A stretch of 64,000 bases of DNA from Candidatus Enterousia sp. GTDB lineage: Bacteria > Pseudomonadota > Alphaproteobacteria > Rs-D84. Below, one piece after another: positions 10,528 through 20,521 of this stretch. The notes under the pieces were generated by a model. It was not told the DNA's origin. It saw only the letters and a list, made by a program, of their open reading frames with translations, and searched no databases. Numbering within the stretch: position 1 is the first letter of the stretch; each line of letters begins with the position of its first letter. The stretch lies in NCBI GenBank assembly GCA_045613785.1, contig JAZLBQ010000026.1:80677-144676 (forward strand), in the 5' to 3' direction. The translations under genes were made by a program, and so were the position numbers.

Positions 10528-11268
10528 ATGACAGCAAAATTCAAAAATAAAACCAAAAAAGAAAATGTGATATCATTGCATGATATAAATAAAAGTTTCC
10601 CATTGGAATTGGGCGGTTTTCAACAAGTGTTATTTGATATAAACTTTGATATTCAGGCTGGGGAATTTGTTGCGATAATGGGGCCATCTGGGTCTGGTAA
10701 ATCAACCTGTATGAATATCATTGGTGCATTGGACACACCGACATCTGGGGTTTATGAATTATATGGTCGTGATGTGACAGGTTTAACCCCTGATGAATTG
10801 GCGATTGTTCGCAATGAATACATTGGTTTTGTTTTTCAGCAGTTTAATTTATTACCGAAACGCACCGTCCTTGATAATGTAATGTTGCCATTGATGTATC
10901 AAGGCCTGCCTATGGATGAAAGAATTCGTCGGGCTCGTGAAATGTTGACACGTGTTGGTCTGGAAAAATTTGAAAGTTATCTGCCGACGCAACTTTCAGG
11001 TGGTATGAAGCAGCGTGTTGCGATTGCTCGTGCATTGGCAGGGAATCCAAAATTGATTCTTGCGGACGAACCTACGGGTGCTTTGGACAGTAAAATGGGG
11101 AACGAGATATTACAGTTTTTCAAAAAACTAAACCAAGACCTGGGAATAACTATTGTAATGATTACCCACGAATTTGATATTGCACGTTATGCAAATCGTC
11201 TGATACACATTCGTGATGGTCGGATAAATTATGATGGTCCAGTGCCAAAGAACGATAATAATTTATAA
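10528..11268 (+). CDS. ABC transporter ATP-binding protein (MacB/LolD type)
   Basis: GPSGSGKST, GFVFQQFNL, LSGGMKQRVAIARAL and ADEPTGALD. Confidence 0.93.
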   Translation: MTAKFKNKTKKENVISLHDINKSFPLELGGFQQVLFDINFDIQAGEFVAIMGPSGSGKSTCMNIIGALDTPTSGVYELYGRDVTGLTPDELAIVRNEYIGFVFQQFNLLPKRTVLDNVMLPLMYQGLPMDERIRRAREMLTRVGLEKFESYLPTQLSGGMKQRVAIARALAGNPKLILADEPTGALDSKMGNEILQFFKKLNQDLGITIVMITHEFDIARYANRLIHIRDGRINYDGPVPKNDNNL

Positions 11269-11296
11269 AAAATTACTTTTTGTATAAGGGGGGGAT

Positions 11297-12514
11297 ATGA
11301 CACTAAACGACATTTTAAAAGAATCCTGGTTGTCAATCAGTGGCAATAAAATCCGTTCATTTTTGACGGTTTTGGGAATTATTATCGGTGTGATGGCTGT
11401 TGTAATAATGGTTGCGGTTGGTGAAACAGTTCAGCGTGAAATTACAGATCAGTTTTCATCACTTGGCACAAACACAATAATGATACGTGCTGGTGCGGCA
11501 CAATCTGCTGGTGTTCGCACAGGCAATCGTCAAACGCTTACTATCCAAGACGCAGAATTTATTGCAAAATTACCTGATGTAATGGCGGTTTCTCCTGTTC
11601 AAAATGGTTCTGCCCAGGCAATATATGGCAACAAAAACTGGGGGACATCAATGGTTGGTGTTTATCCCGATTATACAACTGTTCAGAACATAGAAATGGA
11701 ATATGGCACTTTTTTTGATAACTCTGCTGTTCGCAATGCATCGACGTATGCTGTGATTGGGCCGGAAACAGCCGAAGAATTAGGTTTGCCGGAAAATCCA
11801 ATTGGTCAGGTTATCCGTGTTCAAAACACGCCATTTGTAGTTATTGGTGTTACCCGTGCCAAGGGTGATTCTGCAATGGGCAGCCAAGACGATATGATAA
11901 TGATTCCGATAACAACGTTAAAGAAACGCCTACAAGGCTCACGTTTTCCAAACTCTGTGAATATGATTGCGTTAAAGTTGTTTCCTGATTCAGACAACAC
12001 GGCCGCCATTGAACAAATGACCGCCCTGCTGCGTCAACGTCATCGTTTAAAAGACGATGCGGTTGATGATTTTCAGATAATGGATATGAAACAGGTAATG
12101 GAAACAATGACAACGGTAACTGGATATATGAAATTACTGTTGATTGCGATTGCGGCAGTTTCGTTGCTTGTTGGTGCGATTGGTATTATGAATATGATGT
12201 TGGTATCTGTGGCAGAACGCACCCGTGAAATCGGCATACGCAAGGCAATTGGTGCTCGTGAACGAATGATAATTATTCAGTTTTTATCAGAATCTGTTTT
12301 AATTTCATTTATCGGTTCGATGGTTGGTCTGATTATAGGTGTTGGCCTGTCCCAAGGCGTTGGTAGGTTTATACTAGGCTATAATGTTCCGTTCAGTGTA
12401 TGGCCGGTTGTTTTATCGGTATCAGTAGCGGTTATTGTTGGTCTGTCTTCGGGTGTTATGCCGGCAATGAAGGCTGCCAAACTAAACCCAATCGACAGTC
12501 TGCGATATGAATAA
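11297..12514 (+). CDS. ABC transporter permease (MacB-type)
   Basis: RSFLTVLGIIIGV, IGIMNMMLVSVAERTREIGIRKAIGA and C-terminal LNPIDSLRYE. Confidence 0.93.
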   Translation: MTLNDILKESWLSISGNKIRSFLTVLGIIIGVMAVVIMVAVGETVQREITDQFSSLGTNTIMIRAGAAQSAGVRTGNRQTLTIQDAEFIAKLPDVMAVSPVQNGSAQAIYGNKNWGTSMVGVYPDYTTVQNIEMEYGTFFDNSAVRNASTYAVIGPETAEELGLPENPIGQVIRVQNTPFVVIGVTRAKGDSAMGSQDDMIMIPITTLKKRLQGSRFPNSVNMIALKLFPDSDNTAAIEQMTALLRQRHRLKDDAVDDFQIMDMKQVMETMTTVTGYMKLLLIAIAAVSLLVGAIGIMNMMLVSVAERTREIGIRKAIGARERMIIIQFLSESVLISFIGSMVGLIIGVGLSQGVGRFILGYNVPFSVWPVVLSVSVAVIVGLSSGVMPAMKAAKLNPIDSLRYE

Positions 12515-12531
12515 CAAAGGAAAGAAAAAAA

Positions 12532-12547
12532 GCCGGTGTTTACCGGC
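12532..12547. repeat. RCCGGY-N4-RCCGGY 16-mer, copy 5 / bidirectional terminator
   Basis: GCCGGT-GTTT-ACCGGC between convergent genes. Confidence 0.8.
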
Positions 12548-12554
12548 TTTTTCA

Positions 12555-13418
12555 TTACATTTTTAATTTACTTTGCATCTGCACCAAGACCGGCACATCA
12601 ACGCCTAAACTTTTTGCACGTTCAATCAGACCGCACAGTGCAAAAATACCTTCGACTGTTCCTGATGGTTCTTCGCCACGTGCGATAGCCATACCGCCTG
12701 AAAAGTTTCTGCTGGTTGGGCTGGTTGCAGACAAGAACAAATCCCCTATTCCGCAAAGTCCTGAAAAGGTTTCAATTTTTGCCCCCATTGCCAGTCCAAT
12801 TTTTATTACTTCGTTCCAAGCCTGTGTAAAAATCAAAGCCCGTTCATTTTCTCCACCTGCGGCAACGCTGTTGTATCCACAAATAAGAGCAACTGCATTT
12901 TTACCAACCCCGCAAACTTCTGCACCGATTACGTCATCGCTATTGACCAGATACAGTTTATTCAGTATTTCATTGCCTGCGTCCAGTGCCTTGGTTGTTC
13001 CTGCCAATGTTGAACCGGTTGGAACGCCTTTTGCGACTTCTGCTGCGAATTGTGGGCCTGACAGAACGCCAAAATCGACGCATTCTGGCAATTCAGTTTG
13101 CAGAATTTCAGACATAAATTGTCCTGATGCACATTCTGCCCCTTTGGTGCAAATGATAACAGGCTGTCCGTTATAAGAATTGCGTGCCTTGCGAACTGTA
13201 TCACGGAAATAGGCAGCAGGCGTAACAACCAGCCAAGCGTCCATTTCTTTCAAGTCATCTAAACTGTTTGTTATACGAATATTTTGTGGCAAAACAACAT
13301 CATCAAAAGATTTATGCTCTCCATCATAAGACCACAGCACAACATCTGCACCACCACGTGCAGAAACGATTGCCAATGCAGTTCCCCAGGCCCCTGCCCC
13401 GATTACACCTACTTTCAT
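12555..13418 (-). CDS. gpsA: NAD(P)H-dependent glycerol-3-phosphate dehydrogenase
   Basis: GAGAWGTALA, LSGPQFAAEV, KNAVAL and GIGDLFLSATSPTSRN. Confidence 0.93.
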   Translation of the reverse strand: MKVGVIGAGAWGTALAIVSARGGADVVLWSYDGEHKSFDDVVLPQNIRITNSLDDLKEMDAWLVVTPAAYFRDTVRKARNSYNGQPVIICTKGAECASGQFMSEILQTELPECVDFGVLSGPQFAAEVAKGVPTGSTLAGTTKALDAGNEILNKLYLVNSDDVIGAEVCGVGKNAVALICGYNSVAAGGENERALIFTQAWNEVIKIGLAMGAKIETFSGLCGIGDLFLSATSPTSRNFSGGMAIARGEEPSGTVEGIFALCGLIERAKSLGVDVPVLVQMQSKLKM

Positions 13419-15031
13419 TTTATTTTCCTTATTTTTCTTTGGATATTGGGCACAACTGTCAATCCATCATCTGATAAATCAATTGCCCTTTTGTATGCGT
13501 TATTTGCTTTATCAAACTCGCCCTTTTCCGCATACATATCACCCAAATGTTCAAATAAAACAGAACAAGTCTCGGCTACATCACCGACCCGTTCCATCAC
13601 GTCCAGTGCGGCATCAACACCCTCACGTGCCGCCACCACATATCCCAGCGTATCCCACGCCAAGATATCAGTTGGATTTTGCTGAACCAGCGTCATAGCA
13701 TAGTCATATGCATTATCCAATTCCCGGTTCTGTGCAGCCCATATTTTGGCCTGCAAAGACATAATTTCACCATCTATTATCAAAGTCTCGGCTGCATCTT
13801 TAATATCGTCCTGTGCTGCATTCATATTACCAAAAGCATAATGAATTTGTGCACGGTTTTTCAAAAAGAACGCCCGCCCTACTTCGTCCAGGTTGTTATC
13901 ATTTAATGCACGGCGAACGATACGCAAAGCGGCACGTTTATTGCCGTGTTGGATATGGTGTCCAATCAGTGTATTTACCCCTGGCACAAACAGTGGATAC
14001 GATTCCAAAGCTTCTTGCAATGGTTGCATATTTTTTGTTTTTTCTGCAATACGTAAAACACCGAATAGTCTAAAAGGGCTATCCTTATTTATTTTATTGA
14101 AATGCTGTTCAAAGTCGCCCTGGTTATAAAAGAAATAGTTTCCTAAATAATAATCGACGGCATTATTGCTGGCTGCGAATTCAGGTGCTGTAATTTCTGC
14201 GAAACGCAACAGCAGCATTGCCAAATCAGAATGCATCATAATACTGGTATGAGAAACATTTTGAACCAAACTGAACGCCAGTTGATTTTTATAACCACTG
14301 TAAACAGACCAATCGGGAACATTGTCAAAATCAGCCATAAACATGCCACCTGGTCGTGCGGTAAAATCAGCCTTTAATTGTTCTGCGTTTTCAGGCATAT
14401 CGTGATGCGTATAAAATGACATTAAATACATATAGTCATTTATATTCATAAAGTCTGGACTGACTGCTAAAAAGTTTTCTGTTGCAGTATCGATATCGCC
14501 CAGCTCTGCATAGATTTGACCACGGACAAAAGATTTCCACGAAGCGTTTGTTGGTAATTTATCAATAAATTTAAATGTATTCGTTCGCCAATCGTTTGCA
14601 ATCGCAGACCAAATACGCAAAGGTGCTACCAACGCAGATTCGTCATTTTTATGTCTGTTGTGCAATTCCTTCCAATTATCGTTTTGAATCAGGTAAGCGT
14701 CATAAATCAACTGTGCTGGCGTGCTTTTTTCGTTCTTTAACAGACGTGCATCAAACGGCATACGTCCACCCAAGAAATCTGCCAAATAAACAGTGTTTTG
14801 CACAATAGGATATTGTTCGTTGTTTAGTATAGAAACGAATCCAGTTGCGGCATCGAAATCGTTGACATAGATTGCGTGCTGAGCCGCCAAGAAAGCCCCG
14901 TATTTTGTTTCTGGGAATTCGTAAGATTCTACCTTATTATTTTCGAACAAGTGCGTCCAAATTGCACCACCTGTCACAGTGATAATTGTGAACAAACTAA
15001 CAGTGATAAATATTCTTTCTATTTTTCTCAT
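13415..15031 (-). CDS. Membrane-anchored tetratricopeptide-repeat protein
   Basis: N-terminal TM, YGAFLAA, and C-terminal TPRs (WDTLGYV...EHLGDMY...A...YKRA); start moved to ATG 15031. Confidence 0.8.
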   Translation of the reverse strand: MRKIERIFITVSLFTIITVTGGAIWTHLFENNKVESYEFPETKYGAFLAAQHAIYVNDFDAATGFVSILNNEQYPIVQNTVYLADFLGGRMPFDARLLKNEKSTPAQLIYDAYLIQNDNWKELHNRHKNDESALVAPLRIWSAIANDWRTNTFKFIDKLPTNASWKSFVRGQIYAELGDIDTATENFLAVSPDFMNINDYMYLMSFYTHHDMPENAEQLKADFTARPGGMFMADFDNVPDWSVYSGYKNQLAFSLVQNVSHTSIMMHSDLAMLLLRFAEITAPEFAASNNAVDYYLGNYFFYNQGDFEQHFNKINKDSPFRLFGVLRIAEKTKNMQPLQEALESYPLFVPGVNTLIGHHIQHGNKRAALRIVRRALNDNNLDEVGRAFFLKNRAQIHYAFGNMNAAQDDIKDAAETLIIDGEIMSLQAKIWAAQNRELDNAYDYAMTLVQQNPTDILAWDTLGYVVAAREGVDAALDVMERVGDVAETCSVLFEHLGDMYAEKGEFDKANNAYKRAIDLSDDGLTVVPNIQRKIRKIK

Positions 15032-15052
15032 AACTATGTTAGAATAACGCTT

Positions 15053-15613
15053 ATGAACAATAAAGTCAAATTTGAACAGTATGCAGCACTGCTGCAAGAA
15101 TGGTCTGGGCGGATGAATCTTGTTGCCCCCAGCACATTAAATGATATAGAAAACCGTCACATTGCAGATTCTGCTCAGTTGGCGGATATTTTGCCATCTG
15201 ATGTTGATATAATCGATTTGGGCAGCGGTGCAGGTTTTCCTGGTGTTGTTCTGGCGATATTGGGGTGGCGTGTCACTTGTATTGAATCGATTGGCAAGAA
15301 GGTGTCGTTTTTGTCGGCTGTAAAAGATGCGTTGGGGCTGGATAATTTAACGATTTATCATGGTCGTGTCGAAGAATATGTCCGGCATTTACCGGCAAAA
15401 AAGGATAATATTGTGTTTACGGCACGTGCATTTGCGTCGCTGACAAAGATAATGGATTATGTTGCACACACAAAATGCCGGCTTTTTTTGCTAAAAGGTC
15501 GTGAAATTGCCGGGGAAATATCTGCTGCTCAGCAACATTATAAATTTAATTATGATTTAACACCATCTAAAACAGGTGATGGATTTATAATTTCTGTTCG
15601 TTTTGACCGGTAA
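15053..15613 (+). CDS. rsmG: 16S rRNA m7G527 methyltransferase
   Basis: MNLV, RHIADS, DLGSGAGFPG and TARAFA; start at ATG 15053. Confidence 0.95.
   Translation: MNNKVKFEQYAALLQEWSGRMNLVAPSTLNDIENRHIADSAQLADILPSDVDIIDLGSGAGFPGVVLAILGWRVTCIESIGKKVSFLSAVKDALGLDNLTIYHGRVEEYVRHLPAKKDNIVFTARAFASLTKIMDYVAHTKCRLFLLKGREIAGEISAAQQHYKFNYDLTPSKTGDGFIISVRFDR
15381..15396. repeat. CCGG-N6-CCGG element, copy 6, inside the rsmG coding sequence
   Basis: TCCGGC-ATTT-ACCGGC has the same spacing but a poor hairpin and no terminator context. Confidence 0.6.
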
Positions 15614-15627
15614 TTTCATGTGAAATA
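15612..15627. promoter_or_regulatory. parS-like palindrome 1
   Basis: AATTTCATGTGAAATA versus canonical TGTTTCACGTGAAACA; upstream of parA. Confidence 0.55.
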
Positions 15628-15676
15628 CTGGTTAAATTGTTGAAAAAAGAACAATATTTCAAAATAACACAAAAAA

Positions 15677-15692
15677 GCCGGTAAAGACCGGC
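15677..15692. repeat. RCCGGY-N4-RCCGGY 16-mer, copy 7
   Basis: GCCGGT-AAAG-ACCGGC between rsmG and parA. Confidence 0.8.
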
Positions 15693-15727
15693 GTTTTTAA
15701 TATTAAAATTGTTGAAAAAATGCGTTT

Positions 15728-15743
15728 TATTTCATGTGAAATA
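15728..15743. promoter_or_regulatory. parS-like palindrome 2
   Basis: TATTTCATGTGAAATA within the inverted repeat TTTTATTTCA-TG-TGAAATAAAA. Confidence 0.6.
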
Positions 15744-15850
15744 AAAAATAACAGTATGATTTTAGGGTGTTTTTCATAAAATTTAATAAACTCTTGACCG
15801 AATCGACCTGTTTTTATAAGGTAAAAGTCGAAAGGATAGGGATATTTTAT

Positions 15851-16636
15851 ATGGTAAAAGTAATTGCATTTGCAAATCAAAAAGGTGGTGTAGGTAAAAC
15901 TACGACTGCAATAAATATTGGTGCATCATTGGCGGCGATTAAACGTCGTGTGTTGTTGATTGATCTTGATCCCCAGGGAAATGCTGGCACAGGGTTGGGT
16001 TTTGTTCGTGCGGGTCATCGTCAAAGTGCCTATGGTGTTATAATGGGAACTGCAAATATTGCGGATAATATCTTGACAACTGCTGTTCCTGGCTTGCATT
16101 TGTTGCCATCGTCCCAGGCGTTGGCTGGTTTGGAAATTGATTTGCTGGGGATGGCAAATCCAGAATTTCGCTTGCGTGATGCATTGAATACAATCGCAGA
16201 ACATTATGATTATATTTTGTTGGATTGTCCGCCTGCGTTGGGTTATTTGACTGTAAATGCGTTGACTGCTGCAAATTCGGTTATAATACCGTTGCAGTGT
16301 GAATTTTATGCCCTCGAAGGTTTGACACAACTAACAGATACAATTGCGGCTGTTCGTGAAAAATGGAATCCGGAATTGGATATTTTGGGTGTGTTGTTGA
16401 CAATGTATTCTAAACAATATGGTTTAACTAGGGCGGTTGATGATGACGTTCGTCAGGCGTTTGGCGATACAGTGTTTAAAACTGTTGTTCCGCGAAACGT
16501 TCGTGTATCAGAAGCCCCCAGTCATGGCAAGCCAGCATTGTTCTATGATTTTAAATCGCCGGGTGCTCAGGCGTATTTGCGCGTAGCGACCGAAGTAATT
16601 CAAAAAACCGAAGGAATCGAATATGTCAGTGAATAA
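15851..16636 (+). CDS. parA: Chromosome partitioning ATPase ParA
   Basis: ANQKGGVGKTT, DLDPQGNA, DCPP and EAPSHGKP; start at ATG 15851. Confidence 0.97.
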   Translation: MVKVIAFANQKGGVGKTTTAINIGASLAAIKRRVLLIDLDPQGNAGTGLGFVRAGHRQSAYGVIMGTANIADNILTTAVPGLHLLPSSQALAGLEIDLLGMANPEFRLRDALNTIAEHYDYILLDCPPALGYLTVNALTAANSVIIPLQCEFYALEGLTQLTDTIAAVREKWNPELDILGVLLTMYSKQYGLTRAVDDDVRQAFGDTVFKTVVPRNVRVSEAPSHGKPALFYDFKSPGAQAYLRVATEVIQKTEGIEYVSE

Positions 16637-17504
16637 ATTTGGTTTAGGGCGTGGTTTGGCCGACTTGCAACTAGCCAAGGGGACAATCCCAGATATTTCA
16701 ATTTTGGCTGGCACCGAACGTGTTGTTGTAAAGCAAATTCCGTTAGCACAAATTGGTGCAAATCCTGATCAGCCACGTAAAACTTTTCCGGATTCTGAAT
16801 TGGCGGATTTGGCGGCATCTATCCGTGAAAAGGGTGTTTTGCAACCAATTTTATTACGCACGGTTTCAGGACGTCCATATGCGTATGAAATTGTTGCAGG
16901 CGAACGTCGCTTTCGTGCATCTAAATTGGCAGGACTGTCAGAGATACCGGCGCTGGTAAAAACGATTGATGATAACAATGCGATGGAAATTGCATTGATT
17001 GAAAATGTTCAGCGTGAAAACCTGAATCCAATCGAAGAATCAAATGCGTATAAAAACCTGATGGAATGTTGTGATTATGAATTGGACGATGTTGCCCGTC
17101 TTATTGGGAAATCGGCCAGTTATATTCGTAATATGTTGCGTTTGACAGCATTACCTGAATCTGTTCAAGGAATGGTTAGTCGTGGTGAGTTGTCTGCGTC
17201 GCATGCACGCACGATTGCGACGGCTGAAAATCCCGAAGAATTGGCACATAAAATTGTTTCTGAAAAATTATCAGTTGCCGCCACGGATCAGGTTGTAAAA
17301 ACTGCACCACGTGCAAAAACGGCTCGTGCACATACGTCAAACACAATCGATGCAGCGACAGTTCAAGATATAGAATCACGGATAAAACGTGCTTTGGGTG
17401 TTTCTGTAAAATTGACCGAGCGTCGTGGTGGGGCAGGGCAGATTGTGTTGTCTTTTGTCAGTCGTCCACAGTTGACGGAACTTGTTGAAAAACTGACCAA
17501 GTAA
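16623..17504 (+). CDS. parB: Chromosome partitioning CTPase ParB
   Basis: GLGRGL, NPDQPRK, AGERRFRA, ENVQRENLNPIEE and an HTH. Confidence 0.97.
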   Translation: MSVNKFGLGRGLADLQLAKGTIPDISILAGTERVVVKQIPLAQIGANPDQPRKTFPDSELADLAASIREKGVLQPILLRTVSGRPYAYEIVAGERRFRASKLAGLSEIPALVKTIDDNNAMEIALIENVQRENLNPIEESNAYKNLMECCDYELDDVARLIGKSASYIRNMLRLTALPESVQGMVSRGELSASHARTIATAENPEELAHKIVSEKLSVAATDQVVKTAPRAKTARAHTSNTIDAATVQDIESRIKRALGVSVKLTERRGGAGQIVLSFVSRPQLTELVEKLTK

Positions 17505-17519
17505 AAAAGTTGAAAAAAA

Positions 17520-17535
17520 GCCGGTAAAAGCCGGC
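17520..17535. repeat. RCCGGY-N4-RCCGGY 16-mer, copy 8 / parB terminator
   Basis: GCCGGT-AAAA-GCCGGC. Confidence 0.8.
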
Positions 17536-17578
17536 TTTGTTGTAGGTTGTGTTTGTATAATAAAAATGTTGATAAATT

Positions 17579-17594
17579 ACCGGCTTTTGCCGGT
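17579..17594. repeat. RCCGGY-N4-RCCGGY 16-mer, copy 9
   Basis: ACCGGC-TTTT-GCCGGT, starting 59 bp after copy 8. Confidence 0.8.
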
Positions 17595-17756
17595 CTTTTT
17601 GTGCATTTTTATAAATTGTTTGTATGTGAATCATATTTGTTGTCAGAAAAAAATATTGATATAAAAATCAAAAATAAACAGTAAAAAGCCGGGATTTTAA
17701 TTGAAAACCCAGAAATATTTTTGTATCTTTACACCGCAAACCCAAAGGGGAAATAA

Positions 17757-17951
17757 ATGGACGAAAAAAAATTATCATTCGAAGAAGCTTATAAACAACT
17801 AACCGAACTGGTAAAAAAGATGGAATCAGGCGAATTGCCGCTGGCTGATTCTGTTGCAGCCTATGAACAGGGTATAAAGTTAAAGGCGTATTGTGAACAA
17901 TTGTTAAAAGAAGCCGAATTAAAAATCGAAACATTAAAAGTCAGTGCATAA
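17757..17951 (+). CDS. xseB: Exodeoxyribonuclease VII small subunit
   Basis: SFEEAYKQL..LVKKMESGELPLADSVAAYEQG. Confidence 0.93.
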   Translation: MDEKKLSFEEAYKQLTELVKKMESGELPLADSVAAYEQGIKLKAYCEQLLKEAELKIETLKVSA

Positions 17952-17976
17952 AAATATTTAATCAAACGGATTTATT

Positions 17977-20508
17977 GTGGCGGAAAAAAGCAAACTTACC
18001 CCAGTTATGCAGCAATACGTGGATATGAAGTCTGAGAATCCAGACGCATTGCTGATGTTTCGTTTGGGGGATTTTTATGAATCATTTTTTGAAGATGCAC
18101 GCATTATCAGTTCTGCGTTGGGTCTGGTTTTGACGGCTCGTGGCACAGATGCAGATGGTCAGGAAATTCCAATGTGTGGGATACCATGGCATGCAGCGGA
18201 CAACTATTTTGGTCGTCTGGTCAGGGCAGGGCACAAGGTTGCATTGGTCGAGCAGATGGAAACACCTGCCCAGGCCAAGGCTCGTGGTCATAAATTTATT
18301 GAACGTAATATTGTTCGTGTTTTAACGCCTGGAACATTGACTGATGAAAATTTGCTGACACCAAAGAATTCAAATTTCTTGGTTGCAATATCACCGATGT
18401 CTGGCGGGAAATATGACATTGCAGGTTGTGATATATCAACGGGTGAATTTTTTGTTGGTCAAACATCTGATGCTGTTGATGATATGGTTCGTATTTCCCC
18501 AGCGGAAGTTATTTTTCCATTTAGCACTGCCGAAGAAAAAACAATTATGAAACTGCGTGAATTGTTCAAATCCACGCCTGTATATGAAAAATTATATCAT
18601 CGCACAGATATTGACCAGGTTATTCACCGTGTTTTTGGTGGTGTTGTTGATGGTGCATCTGCACTGCAAAAATCTGATGGTGCAATAAGTTTGCTGGCAG
18701 GGTATTTGTTTAATACTCAGCGTGGTGCATCGATAACATTTCGCACACCTTATACGTTCAAATCGGGTCGTCAGTTATTGATAGATTCTGCCACATGGCG
18801 AAGTCTTGAAATAGACGCACCTATAAACGATGGTGGTGTGTGTTTAATTGATGTTCTTGATCAGACTCACACAGCAGCAGGTGCACGAAAAATGCGTTCG
18901 TATTTGCGAAATTTATCGGGCGACATTGAACAGATTTTATTGCGTCAGTCTCATATATCGCACTTTGTTTTAAATCCAGATGTTTGCGGTCTGGTATCAA
19001 GTGTTTTGACATCTGTCCCAGACGTAGGTCGTTCATTATCACGATTGTTATCAGGTCGTGGCACACCACGTGATATGCGAAATGTTTCTGATTTTATAAA
19101 CGCCTTACCACGTGCACAGTTGTTGTCTGGTCGTCTTGATTTTGATTTTGCGAAACGCTTTGCTGAAATAGACACGCACAGTGAATTTGGGTTGCAGTTA
19201 TCACGTGCCTTGTCAGAAGACTTGCCGACATTTTTCCGTGATGGTGGTGTTATTCGTGATGGTTTTGATTTATCACTGGATAATATGCGTTCGTTGTCAA
19301 ATGGGGCCCGTGAAACGATTGCTGCACTTCAGGCAGAATATGTATCAGCAACGGGTATAAACACACTAAAAATCAAATATAACAATATTCTGGGCTATTT
19401 TATTGAAGTTCCAGCAGCCCGTGCAGATACTTTGCTTACCCCTGAATCTGGCTTTATTCATCGTCAGACAATGTCTGGCAACATGCGATTTACGACATCA
19501 CGCCTGATTGAATTGGATAACGATATTCGCAGTGCCGCTGAAAAGGCATCTGCCATAGAATCAGAAATCATCAATCAGTTTATTGAACAAATTCGAACAA
19601 TATCAGATGATTTGCTTGCTTCGGCAGATTTGCTAGCGGATGCAGACGTTTGGTTGTCATTAGCGATTGTTGCTCAGCGGTATTCTTGGGTTCGTCCAAC
19701 GATAACAGACGACCGTGCATATGATGTTGTTGGTGGTCGTCACCCAGTGATAGAGTCTGTATTACGTCGCAACAGTGAAAACTTTGTAAAAAATGATTGT
19801 AATCTAAATGGTCAGTGTATTGCCTTGCTAACAGGTCCAAATATGGCGGGGAAATCGACATATTTACGTCAAAATGCGATTATAGTTGTTTTGGCACATT
19901 TGGGGTCATTTGTTCCTGCGACAAGTGCTATAATCGGTATTTGCGACCAGTTGTTCAGTCGTGTTGGTGCATCTGACAACCTGGCAGCAGGTCAATCAAC
20001 ATTTATGGTTGAAATGGCAGAAACGGCAAATATTTTAAATCGTGCCACAAATCGTTCGTTTATTATCTTTGATGAAATTGGTCGAGGCACAGCGACATAT
20101 GACGGTATGGCGATTGCTCAGGCGGTATTGGAATATTTAGACGGCTTGCAGCCACGCACATTGTTTGCGACGCATTATCACGAATTGACATCACTTGTCT
20201 TAAATGGCGGATTAAATCATGTGCTGACATTGACGATTGACGTGCGTGAGCATAATAATGAAATCATATTCATGCACAAGATTGTTCCAGGTGTTGCCAG
20301 TCGTTCGTATGGTATCCATGTTGCAAGAATGGCAGGAATGCCTCAGTCTGTTGTATCACGTGCAGAAACAGTTTTATCTGCACTGGAATCAAGCGAAACG
20401 GTTGCATCGGCACAACAGATGCCAACAGCACCGAAATCAACACCTGTGTCCAAGAAAATGCGTGTTTCTGATGAATTGCTACCCCCGCAACTAAGTTTGT
20501 TTGGATAA
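17977..20508 (+). CDS. mutS: DNA mismatch repair protein MutS
   Basis: TPVMQQY, FRLGDFYE, TGPNMAGKST, DEIGRGT and SYGIHVA. Confidence 0.97.
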   Translation: MAEKSKLTPVMQQYVDMKSENPDALLMFRLGDFYESFFEDARIISSALGLVLTARGTDADGQEIPMCGIPWHAADNYFGRLVRAGHKVALVEQMETPAQAKARGHKFIERNIVRVLTPGTLTDENLLTPKNSNFLVAISPMSGGKYDIAGCDISTGEFFVGQTSDAVDDMVRISPAEVIFPFSTAEEKTIMKLRELFKSTPVYEKLYHRTDIDQVIHRVFGGVVDGASALQKSDGAISLLAGYLFNTQRGASITFRTPYTFKSGRQLLIDSATWRSLEIDAPINDGGVCLIDVLDQTHTAAGARKMRSYLRNLSGDIEQILLRQSHISHFVLNPDVCGLVSSVLTSVPDVGRSLSRLLSGRGTPRDMRNVSDFINALPRAQLLSGRLDFDFAKRFAEIDTHSEFGLQLSRALSEDLPTFFRDGGVIRDGFDLSLDNMRSLSNGARETIAALQAEYVSATGINTLKIKYNNILGYFIEVPAARADTLLTPESGFIHRQTMSGNMRFTTSRLIELDNDIRSAAEKASAIESEIINQFIEQIRTISDDLLASADLLADADVWLSLAIVAQRYSWVRPTITDDRAYDVVGGRHPVIESVLRRNSENFVKNDCNLNGQCIALLTGPNMAGKSTYLRQNAIIVVLAHLGSFVPATSAIIGICDQLFSRVGASDNLAAGQSTFMVEMAETANILNRATNRSFIIFDEIGRGTATYDGMAIAQAVLEYLDGLQPRTLFATHYHELTSLVLNGGLNHVLTLTIDVREHNNEIIFMHKIVPGVASRSYGIHVARMAGMPQSVVSRAETVLSALESSETVASAQQMPTAPKSTPVSKKMRVSDELLPPQLSLFG

Positions 20509-20521
20509 AGGAACAAAAACA

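Noticed and set aside
17505-17756. oriC in the AT-rich gaps near parAB (also 4514-4630 and 15614-15850)
   Set aside because: I found no convincing TTATCCACA DnaA boxes or TTAA-N7-TTAA CtrA boxes, and could not compute GC skew.
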